Source: an uncultured Gammaproteobacteria bacterium (GTDB lineage: Bacteria; Patescibacteriota; Microgenomatia; UBA10105; UBA927). Taken from it: a DNA stretch of 34,444 nt. Below the pieces are notes generated by a model that was given only the letters and a program-made list of their open reading frames with translations, searched no databases and was not told the origin of the DNA. The position numbers and the translations under genes are program-made. The DNA lies in the NCBI GenBank assembly GCA_964515515.1, contig CAZERT010000001.1, forward strand, positions 64,854-99,297, read 5' to 3'. Positions 16,712 to 24,410 of this stretch are shown here, piece after piece (the stretch's first letter is position 1; each line of letters begins with the position of its first letter).

Positions 16712-18904
16712 ATGGCTATTGTAAAAAAATCAACGGAAATTGCCGGACGTACGTTATCTCTTGAAGTTGGCAGGTATGCAGAGCAGGCTGGTGCAGCAGT
16801 TGTTGCCCAGTATGGTGAGACCATGGTGCTTGCCACAGTTACCGCCTCATCAAAAGAAACGACTCTGGATTATTTTCCATTATCCGTTGAATATGTGGAA
16901 CGGCTGTATGCCGGTGGTAGGATCAAGGGATCCCGTTGGGTAAAACGGGAAGGGCGGCCATCGGATGATGCCGTGCTTGCCGGACGGCTTATTGACCGTT
17001 CCATCCGGCCGTTGTTTCCCAAGTCATTTAAACATGATGTGCAGGTGGTGATTACGACGTTGTCTGTCGATGGAGAAAATGATCCGGACGTATTGGGTCT
17101 TGTTGCGGTATCTGCAGCCATTGCCATTTCTCCGGTTCCATGGAACGGTCCGGTTGCCGGTGTGCGTATTGGGTATACCAAGGCAAATGGCGACGCAGGT
17201 TCATTCCTTATTAATCCACGGGCATCAGAACAGGAAATATCGGAATTTGATTTTGTTATCTCGGGAACCCGTGAAAAAGTGCTCATGCTGGAAGGCGGAT
17301 TCTGCGAAACGAATGATGACATTGTGTATAACGCCGTGTTGGAAGCAAAGAAGGAAAATGCCAAAATCATTTCCCTTATCGAAGAGCTTGCTAAGGAAAC
17401 AGGAAAAACGAAACTTCCTGCAGGCGAAGGGAAGGATTATTCGGAAATTACCCAGAAGATGACGAAAGAGTATGCAAAGGATATAGAAGCCGCGTTCAAA
17501 AAGAAAAACGAAAAAGAAGGCGGGGATTCCGAGCTTCTTGCCCTTGCACAAACGATTGCGGTTGCCTACGAAAACAAATATACAGTCGGGGATATTATGG
17601 CGGCATTGGATGCCCTATCCAAGAAAAAAATTCGTGAAGATGTACTCAAACATAAAAAACGGGTAGATGGTCGGAAAATCGATGAGATCCGCCCGATATC
17701 CATGGATGTGGGATTGCTGACGCGAACCCACGGGAGTGCAATGTTTCAGCGTGGGCAGACCCAGGTATTAACTGTTGCGACCCTTGCATCACCGGACTTG
17801 GAGCAGTTGATTGAAGGACCGACAGGGGAAGAATCGAAACGCTATATTCATCACTATTCCATGCCTCCGTATTCAGTTGGTGAGACAGGTAGAATGGGGA
17901 CACCTTCACGGCGTGAAATAGGTCATGGTGCCCTTGCAGAGCGAGCGCTGCTTGCGGTCATTCCGCCGGTTGATCAATTTCCCTATACTATCCGATTGGT
18001 ATCGGAAGTGATGAGCAGCAATGGATCAACATCCATGGCTTCAACGTGTGGATCAACGCTTGCACTTATGGATGCAGGAGTTCCGATTAAAGAGCCGGTT
18101 GCCGGTATTTCCGTTGGGCTTATGACGGATAAGGAAACGCATGATTATGTTCTGCTTACCGATATTGTCGGTGTTGAGGACTTTTCCGGTGATATGGATT
18201 TTAAAGTAGCAGGCACGAAAAACGGTATTACGGCGATCCAACTTGATGTAAAAATCGATGGATTGACGGATGAAATAGTTAAAGGTGCCCTGGAACGGGC
18301 TCATACTGCCAGGATGGATATTTTGGAAAAAATCAAGAGCGTTATCTCCGGAGTCCGTCCTAACCTTTCCCAATATGCACCGAAAGTGGAGATGATCAAA
18401 ATCCCGACGGAAAAAATCGGAGAGGTGATCGGTCCTGGAGGAAAGATGATCCGCCTTATCCAAACGACAACAGGTGCGGTCGTTGACGTAAAGGATGACG
18501 GATCGGTATTTGTTTCATCCACAAAAGATGAAGCAGTGGAGAAAGCATCCGCTTGGATTAAGGGATTAACGCATGAAGTAAAAGCAGGGGAAGAGTTTGA
18601 AGGAACAGTGAAACGGATGCTTCCGTTTGGGGCATTTGTTGAAATCCTTCCTGGAAAGGAAGGATTGGTTCATGTATCACAGATGTCAACAAACTTCGTC
18701 AATAATCCTGAAGAAGTCGTGCAGATCGGTCAGACGGTAAAGGTGCGCGTGATCGAAATCGACGATCAGGGCAGGACGAATCTTTCCATGTTGTTTGGCG
18801 AAGATGCGGCAAAAGCCCAACCCAGACCTCCCCGGACAGGTGGGGGTGACCGTGGGGGGAGTAGTGGTCCACGTCGATTCGGGAGACCGCAGCGCAGGTA
18901 TTAA
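16712..18904 (+). CDS. pnp: Polyribonucleotide nucleotidyltransferase (PNPase) with an Arg/Gly-rich C-terminal tail
   Basis: The ATG at 16712 gives MAIVKKSTEIAGRTLSLEVGRYAEQAGAAVV, which aligns with PNPase N-termini. It has two RNase PH domains, a KH domain (IGEVIGPGGKMIRLI) and an S1 domain (GTVKRMLPFGAFVEILPGKEGLVHVSQM). The tail is PRPPRTGGGDRGGSSGPRRFGRPQRRY. I reject the track start at 16628 (TTG). Confidence 0.97.
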   Translation: MAIVKKSTEIAGRTLSLEVGRYAEQAGAAVVAQYGETMVLATVTASSKETTLDYFPLSVEYVERLYAGGRIKGSRWVKREGRPSDDAVLAGRLIDRSIRPLFPKSFKHDVQVVITTLSVDGENDPDVLGLVAVSAAIAISPVPWNGPVAGVRIGYTKANGDAGSFLINPRASEQEISEFDFVISGTREKVLMLEGGFCETNDDIVYNAVLEAKKENAKIISLIEELAKETGKTKLPAGEGKDYSEITQKMTKEYAKDIEAAFKKKNEKEGGDSELLALAQTIAVAYENKYTVGDIMAALDALSKKKIREDVLKHKKRVDGRKIDEIRPISMDVGLLTRTHGSAMFQRGQTQVLTVATLASPDLEQLIEGPTGEESKRYIHHYSMPPYSVGETGRMGTPSRREIGHGALAERALLAVIPPVDQFPYTIRLVSEVMSSNGSTSMASTCGSTLALMDAGVPIKEPVAGISVGLMTDKETHDYVLLTDIVGVEDFSGDMDFKVAGTKNGITAIQLDVKIDGLTDEIVKGALERAHTARMDILEKIKSVISGVRPNLSQYAPKVEMIKIPTEKIGEVIGPGGKMIRLIQTTTGAVVDVKDDGSVFVSSTKDEAVEKASAWIKGLTHEVKAGEEFEGTVKRMLPFGAFVEILPGKEGLVHVSQMSTNFVNNPEEVVQIGQTVKVRVIEIDDQGRTNLSMLFGEDAAKAQPRPPRTGGGDRGGSSGPRRFGRPQRRY

Positions 18905-18968
18905 TGGATGGAGTTTACGTTCGTATCCATTATGGTAAAGCGGAAGCGTTTCGGGGTATGATAGGGAT

Positions 18969-20063
18969 ATGAGTTCACTCTCTGAAAGGATTGCCACGCT
19001 TTCAACATCCATCAAGGAAAAAGCACTTCCCGGTGATCTTGAGTCCCGTCTTTTGTCCATGGCGGAGGAAATTACACGCCTTGAGCACGATATTAGTGCA
19101 TTTGTTCATATTGAACAGATGCTTTCCTATATTGAATGGACAATTTCCCTTCCGTGGAATGACAGAACGATCGATCAACTGGATCTGGATCACGCGAAAG
19201 AATTGTTAAATAAACATCATTATGGTCTGACAAGCGTAAAAGATCGGATTTTGGAGTATTTGGCAGTATTAAAACTTCAGTCATCGATTCAGATAGGAAC
19301 GTCCGTTCAAAGTGCAACGCCTGATAGTGCGCTATCCCATGGGATTCTTGCCCGACGCGCTCCGATTTTGTGTTTGGTTGGGCTTGTTGGTACGGGGAAA
19401 ACGACATTGGCAAAATCAATTGCTCTTGCCATGGGAAGAAAATTTATTCGGATTCCGTTTGGTGGCATGAGTGATGCAAGCGAGCTTCGTGGACAATCAC
19501 GGGTCCGTCCGGATGCAGAAATTGGAAGCATCTTAAAAGGTCTTCGGACTGCGGGATCAAAAAACCCCGTTATTTTGCTTGATGAAATAGATCGGGTTGC
19601 AGAACATGCCCGTGGGGATATTATGGGGGTGCTTGTTGAGCTTTTGGATCCCGAGCAGAATAAGGCTTTTACGGATCATTATTTGGATTATCCGTTTGAT
19701 TTATCAGAAGCGCTTTTTGTTGCCACAAGCAACAATACGGTCAATATTTCAACGGCGGTATTGGATCGGTTGGAACCGATCCAAATGCCATCGTATACTG
19801 ATGAGGAAAAAATTACGATTGCGAAAAATTACGTGTTACCGGAACTTCTGCAATCTTCGGGATTGCCGCCATCGGCATTAGTGATTGATGATGCGGTATG
19901 GGCAAAGCTTGTCCGTCCGCTTGGATATGATGCGGGTATCAGAAGTTTGGAGCGGACAATGAATGCGCTCGTTCGTAAAGCTGCCCTTCGTGTTGCACGG
20001 GGGGTTACGGAGCCATTAACTGTTACTGAGTATTCAATGAAGGAGTATATAGAGACCTATTAA
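18969..20063 (+). CDS. Lon-type AAA+ ATPase module without the N-terminal substrate domain or the protease domain
   Basis: It aligns by eye to the Lon AAA+ core: HYGLTSVKDRILEYLAV, Walker A GLVGTGKTT, Walker B ILLDEID, VELLDPEQNKAFTDHYLDYPFDLSEALFVATSN, VLDRLEPIQMPSYTDEEKITIAKNY and YDAGIRSLER. The ORF stops 4 nt before the HAD gene. Confidence 0.8.
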   Translation: MSSLSERIATLSTSIKEKALPGDLESRLLSMAEEITRLEHDISAFVHIEQMLSYIEWTISLPWNDRTIDQLDLDHAKELLNKHHYGLTSVKDRILEYLAVLKLQSSIQIGTSVQSATPDSALSHGILARRAPILCLVGLVGTGKTTLAKSIALAMGRKFIRIPFGGMSDASELRGQSRVRPDAEIGSILKGLRTAGSKNPVILLDEIDRVAEHARGDIMGVLVELLDPEQNKAFTDHYLDYPFDLSEALFVATSNNTVNISTAVLDRLEPIQMPSYTDEEKITIAKNYVLPELLQSSGLPPSALVIDDAVWAKLVRPLGYDAGIRSLERTMNALVRKAALRVARGVTEPLTVTEYSMKEYIETY

Positions 20064-20067
20064 TGGT

Positions 20068-20679
20068 ATGGCAAGAATTGCCCATATACTATTTGATTTA
20101 GGTGGGGTGGTGTTGCGGGCAAAAAAACAGATGACACCCCTTGTTATGTCACTTGCGTTTAAGCTTCCGGTTGAAGTGACCCAGTCGCTCTACCAAACAA
20201 CCGTTGGGAATTGGCGGATCGGAAAAATTACCGGGAAGGAATGTATTGCCCGTATTAAATTCCAATATAATCTGAAGGAATCTCCGGAAGAACTCATCCA
20301 TCGATACACACAGGCGTATGCGCAGCTTTCCGAAATTGATGAGGATATGACACGGCTTATTGATCGGCTCCGGTCTGGTTATACCGTCAGTGCATTTAGC
20401 AATATGGTGGATATCCACGTTGAGGTCAATGAACAACGGGGGGTATATTCCCATTTTGATTATGTGTTCGTCTCTTGCAAAATGGGATGCGCAAAACCGG
20501 ACCCAAGTGCCTATGTATTTGTGGCACAAGCCCTCAAAACTGATCCATCGGAGTGTTTGTTTATTGATGACACCATGGAAAATATCCGTGCAGCGCAAAC
20601 TTTTGGCATGAAAACCTACGCGTTTGACTGCCGGGAAAATGTAGAAGATTTTTTACGAAAGGAATTGGTTTACTCATAA
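20068..20679 (+). CDS. HAD-superfamily hydrolase
   Basis: Motif I is ILFDLGGVV and motif IV is LFIDDTMENI. Its size of 203 aa is typical of the HAD-IA subfamily. Confidence 0.8.
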   Translation: MARIAHILFDLGGVVLRAKKQMTPLVMSLAFKLPVEVTQSLYQTTVGNWRIGKITGKECIARIKFQYNLKESPEELIHRYTQAYAQLSEIDEDMTRLIDRLRSGYTVSAFSNMVDIHVEVNEQRGVYSHFDYVFVSCKMGCAKPDPSAYVFVAQALKTDPSECLFIDDTMENIRAAQTFGMKTYAFDCRENVEDFLRKELVYS

Positions 20680-20693
20680 ACCAAAGAAAAAAT

Positions 20694-22439
20694 ATGAATG
20701 TACAAACAATGAAACACATTTCGCCGTTTGGGCGAAATAAAGTATTTACAGGTCAGGCAAAAACCGGTCGGGGGACGCTCCGTCTGATTCAACTTGGCGG
20801 TGCGGGAAACGTTACGAAGAATATGTATGCGTATGAGTACAGAGAAGAGGGAAGAATAAAGGATATTGTATTAGTTGATTGTGGAGTTGGATTTCCTGAT
20901 CCGGATATGTATGGGATTGACCTTGTGATTCCGGATATCCGCTATCTTGCGGATAAAACCAGCTTTATCCGTGGACTCGTGTTTACGCATGGGCATGATG
21001 ATCATATTGGTGCACTCCCGTATTTATACCCAAAACTAAAGGGAATACCGATGTGGGGAACACCGCTGACTGCAGCATTTGCCAACCTGAAACTTCGGGA
21101 GGTAAAAATTGATGCAAGAGTGACCTCCGTTGATTACGATAAAACAATAACACTTGGTGCATTCCGCGTGTCGTTTATCCGGTTGACCCATTCCATTCCC
21201 GATCCATCACATCTGGTGATCGAAACCCCCATTGGTATCGTGTACCATGGTGCTGATTATAAATTCGATTTTGATCCTCTTGATGGAAAATTACCAGATA
21301 TTGATGCGATTAACGCCGTCGGTAAACGGAATGTATTGCTTATGACGACGGATTGTTTGGGTAGCGAGCGGCCGGGATTTACCCCATCAGAGCAGAAAAT
21401 CCGAGATGCAATTGTCCGCGACCTGGATAATACGCCTGGAAGATTTTTGTTTACTACACAATCAAGCAATATTTCCCGTATTCAACTGGCAATTGACATT
21501 GCCAAGTCACGGGGAAGACAGGTAACGTTTTTAGGCCGTTCAATCCATCAAAATGTTGAGGAATCCGTAAAACTTTCCTATATGCGCTTTCATCGGGAGC
21601 TCATTGTGCGGGATAGGGACTTAAAGCGGGTACCATCGTCAAAACAATTTTTGATCGTTGCAGGAGCACAAGGCCAGCCGGAATCGGCACTTTCCAGAAT
21701 CGCCAATGACAGACACCAATTTGTTTCCATCGGGGAAGGCGATACGGTCATGTTTTCCGCGGATGCAATTCCTGGAAACGAAAATTCCGTCAATGCACTC
21801 ATTGATCAGATATACCGATCCGGCGCTCGGGTGACCTATACGGGGATTGCCGATGATCTTCATGTATCGGGCCACGGAAGTCAGGCAGATTTAATGCTTC
21901 TTTTGTCTGCGCTTGGTCCAAAATATATCCTTCCGATTGGCGGAACATACCGGCACGTTATGAATTACCGGATGCTTGCCCAGGAATATGGATACCATAA
22001 AAAGGCGGTGTTGATTCCTGGCCAGGGAGAAGTGTTGGAACTGTACCCCGATCGACCCCCACGGGTAGTGGAGACTATTAGCTTGGAAAATGTGATGGTT
22101 GATGGATTGGGAATCGGTGATGTGGGGAATGTGGTGCTTCGGGATAGGCAGACGATTGCATCGGAAGGAATCGTTGTCGTCGTCGTACCTATTGATGGGG
22201 AGACGGGGAAAGTTGTTGGAGAGGCGGATGTCATCTCGCGGGGATTTGTGTATATTAAAGAATCCGGACCGTTGTTGGATAAGGCAAAACATGTCGTCAC
22301 GCGTTCCATTGTGACAAAAAAAGGACGGATTAGCGATTGGCGGTTTGTCCGGGAACAGGTTGAAGAAAACCTTCAGATGTTTCTCAAAAAGGAAACAGGA
22401 CGTGCACCGCTTATCGTTCCCGTTATTCTGGAAGTCTAG
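20694..22439 (+). CDS. rnj: Ribonuclease J (metallo-beta-lactamase / beta-CASP)
   Basis: LVFTHGHDDHIG (HxHxDH) is present, with beta-CASP and C-terminal domains. It is 581 aa. No SD is visible; the upstream region is A-rich. Confidence 0.92.
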   Translation: MNVQTMKHISPFGRNKVFTGQAKTGRGTLRLIQLGGAGNVTKNMYAYEYREEGRIKDIVLVDCGVGFPDPDMYGIDLVIPDIRYLADKTSFIRGLVFTHGHDDHIGALPYLYPKLKGIPMWGTPLTAAFANLKLREVKIDARVTSVDYDKTITLGAFRVSFIRLTHSIPDPSHLVIETPIGIVYHGADYKFDFDPLDGKLPDIDAINAVGKRNVLLMTTDCLGSERPGFTPSEQKIRDAIVRDLDNTPGRFLFTTQSSNISRIQLAIDIAKSRGRQVTFLGRSIHQNVEESVKLSYMRFHRELIVRDRDLKRVPSSKQFLIVAGAQGQPESALSRIANDRHQFVSIGEGDTVMFSADAIPGNENSVNALIDQIYRSGARVTYTGIADDLHVSGHGSQADLMLLLSALGPKYILPIGGTYRHVMNYRMLAQEYGYHKKAVLIPGQGEVLELYPDRPPRVVETISLENVMVDGLGIGDVGNVVLRDRQTIASEGIVVVVVPIDGETGKVVGEADVISRGFVYIKESGPLLDKAKHVVTRSIVTKKGRISDWRFVREQVEENLQMFLKKETGRAPLIVPVILEV

Positions 22440-22447
22440 TGCATTTG

Positions 22448-24280
22448 TTATACGGTAGGAGCAAGTCCGCGGTTTACGCGGTCACGGGCTGTTTTGGTAA
22501 GATATTTCTTCCGGAGCCGTAAATTTTCCGGTGTAATTTCCAAAAGTTCATCGTCTTCAATAAAATCCAAACACTGTTCCAGTGTCATAATAACGGGAGG
22601 ATCTAAGTGAACGGCAATGTCTGCATTTGCGGAATGGATGTTATTGAGTTTTTTCCCCTTACAGATATTCATTTCGATATCTTCCTGCCTGCTGTTTAAC
22701 CCAACTACCATGCCTTCATACACAGCTGCTCCGGGCATAACAAACGTTTTTCCCCGCTGCTGGGCCGGTTCAAGCGAATAAGCGGTTGCCGTTCCTGTTT
22801 CAAGCGAGATGATAACGCCGTTTCGAAGTTTGGCAATAGTGGATCCGACAGGGAAGTATCCGATGGTTTGCGTGGCAAATACTCCGTTTCCCCGTGTTCT
22901 GGTAAGGATATCCCCCCTAAATCCCAACAGGTTTCTACTGCTGACTTTATATACCATTCTTGTGATGCCACGTTCGTCAGTGTGTGTATCGACAAGTTCC
23001 GCCTTTCTTCGTCCAAGGTCTTCCGTGATAATCCCGATAAATGACTGATCGATTTCTATCGTTAATTCCTCAAATGGTTCACAAGGCACCCCCTCGATTT
23101 CCTTCATGATGACTTCCGGTTTTCCTACCTGCAGTTCATAGCCTTCCCGGCGCAGGGTTTCCAATAGAACGGCAAGGTGAAGTTCTCCCCGGCCAGCCAC
23201 AATAAAACTTGACCCACCGGCATTTTCGGTGATCCGAAGGCCAAGATTGGTTTTTTTCTCTTTCATAAGCCGGTTTCCGATTTGCCGGACCGTTACAAAC
23301 TGTCCTTCTTTTCCGGAAAACGGTGAAGTATTGGCCGCAACGGTAATCTTTAGCGTCGGTTCCTGGATGATGATTTTTGGGTATCCCACCAGGTGGTTTG
23401 GGTCGCAGAGCGTTTGGCCGATAGCAATATCGGCAATACCGGATACGGCAATAATGTCTCCCAGTTCGCTTTGGGGAATTTCAATACGTTTGAGTCCGTT
23501 ACTGGTAAATATGTGTTCTATTTTTCCTGTTCCGATTTTTTTCGTTTCTTCCATGATTGCCACCTGTTGTCCGGATGTGATTGTTCCTTGGGAAATTTTT
23601 CCGATGGCATAGGTGCCTTTATAATCATCAAAATCAAGATTGGAAACCAGCATGGAAAATGGGAGGGAGGCATCAGCAGATGGTGGGGGAATCACACGGA
23701 GAATTTCTTCAAATAATGGTTCCAATGTACCGGATTCATGTGGATCTTTAGGAAGCGTTTTCCAGACCTTACCGGCCCTGCCGATTCCATAGAGGGTGGT
23801 AAAACTCAGGTGGGACTCATCCGTTGCCAGACGCAGGAAGAGATCTTCAATGTCGCCCACAACTGCTTCCGGCCGGGCATCCGCGCGGTCGATTTTATTC
23901 ACAAGCACCAAGATCGGAAGATTTCGCTCCAGCGCCTTGCGGGTAACGAATTGTGTTTGGGGTAGAGGGCCTTCGGCTGCATCAACAATAAGGAGTGCAC
24001 CGTCAGCCATGTTAATTACACGTTCAACTTCACCACCGAAATCAGCATGTCCCGGGGTATCGATAATATTGATTTTCGTTGTTTTATAGAAAACGGAGGT
24101 TGTTTTTGCCAGAATCGTGATACCCTTTTCCCGTTCAAGCGTATTACTGTCAAGAATTGTCGTTTCCGTCATTGCAGCTTCGTTATCCCGGAACGTGTGC
24201 GTTTGCTTAAGCATTGCATCCACTAAAGTTGTTTTTCCGTGATCAACATGGGCGATAATGGCAATATTTCGAATATCCAT
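22448..24280 (-). CDS. typA: Translational GTPase TypA/BipA
   Basis: The ATG at 24280 gives MDIRNIAIIAHVDHGKTTLVDAML. Also present are DTPGHADFGGEVER and NKID, and the protein is 610 aa. I reject the track's 26-aa N-terminal extension to 24358. Confidence 0.95.
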   Translation of the reverse strand: MDIRNIAIIAHVDHGKTTLVDAMLKQTHTFRDNEAAMTETTILDSNTLEREKGITILAKTTSVFYKTTKINIIDTPGHADFGGEVERVINMADGALLIVDAAEGPLPQTQFVTRKALERNLPILVLVNKIDRADARPEAVVGDIEDLFLRLATDESHLSFTTLYGIGRAGKVWKTLPKDPHESGTLEPLFEEILRVIPPPSADASLPFSMLVSNLDFDDYKGTYAIGKISQGTITSGQQVAIMEETKKIGTGKIEHIFTSNGLKRIEIPQSELGDIIAVSGIADIAIGQTLCDPNHLVGYPKIIIQEPTLKITVAANTSPFSGKEGQFVTVRQIGNRLMKEKKTNLGLRITENAGGSSFIVAGRGELHLAVLLETLRREGYELQVGKPEVIMKEIEGVPCEPFEELTIEIDQSFIGIITEDLGRRKAELVDTHTDERGITRMVYKVSSRNLLGFRGDILTRTRGNGVFATQTIGYFPVGSTIAKLRNGVIISLETGTATAYSLEPAQQRGKTFVMPGAAVYEGMVVGLNSRQEDIEMNICKGKKLNNIHSANADIAVHLDPPVIMTLEQCLDFIEDDELLEITPENLRLRKKYLTKTARDRVNRGLAPTV

Positions 24281-24374
24281 ACAAAATCCAAATAAAAATG
24301 CCTGCGATCGGAGCAAAAAAATACCAAGCCCCTTCACACAGGCCTTTGACGTATACAAAGTATATCAGATCTGG

Positions 24375-24404
24375 TTGAAAAATCCAGCGCTTCTCCCCTA
24401 TACT
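24375..24404 (+). promoter_or_regulatory. Putative ftsK promoter with a leaderless configuration
   Basis: TTGAAA (24375-24380), 18-nt spacer, TATACT (24399-24404), 6 nt, then ATG (24411). No SD is present. Confidence 0.5.
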
Positions 24405-24410
24405 AGACAT

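Noticed and set aside
16870-17370. Long antisense ORFs (16870..17370, 18053..18463, 20149..20598, 25241..25648, 29378..29839, 33450..33959)
   Set aside because: Each lies opposite a confidently identified gene. They lack start contexts and have Ser/Pro/Arg-rich or low-complexity translations. The 33450..33959 ORF simply mirrors the GAA/GAG-rich acidic linker.
18902-18932. 8-bp inverted repeat TAATGGAT-n15-ATCCATTA right after the pnp stop
   Set aside because: The stem is AT-rich with a 15-nt loop and no T-tract, so it is a poor intrinsic terminator. It could be a processing or stability element, but I cannot support that from the sequence alone.
22440-22447. Convergent gene pairs with almost no intergenic space and no terminators (rnj/typA 8 nt; murJ/ldt 7 nt at 5307-5313)
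   Set aside because: This is common in compact genomes. Termination may occur within the opposing coding sequence. No specific structure is visible.
24258-24410. N-terminal extensions of ftsK (from 24258), typA (to 24358), pnp (from 16628), the FN3 protein (to 1939) and alaS (from 30678)
   Set aside because: These extensions overlap neighbouring genes or promoters and add non-homologous residues before well-conserved N-termini. Internal ATGs with an SD or a -10 context fit better.
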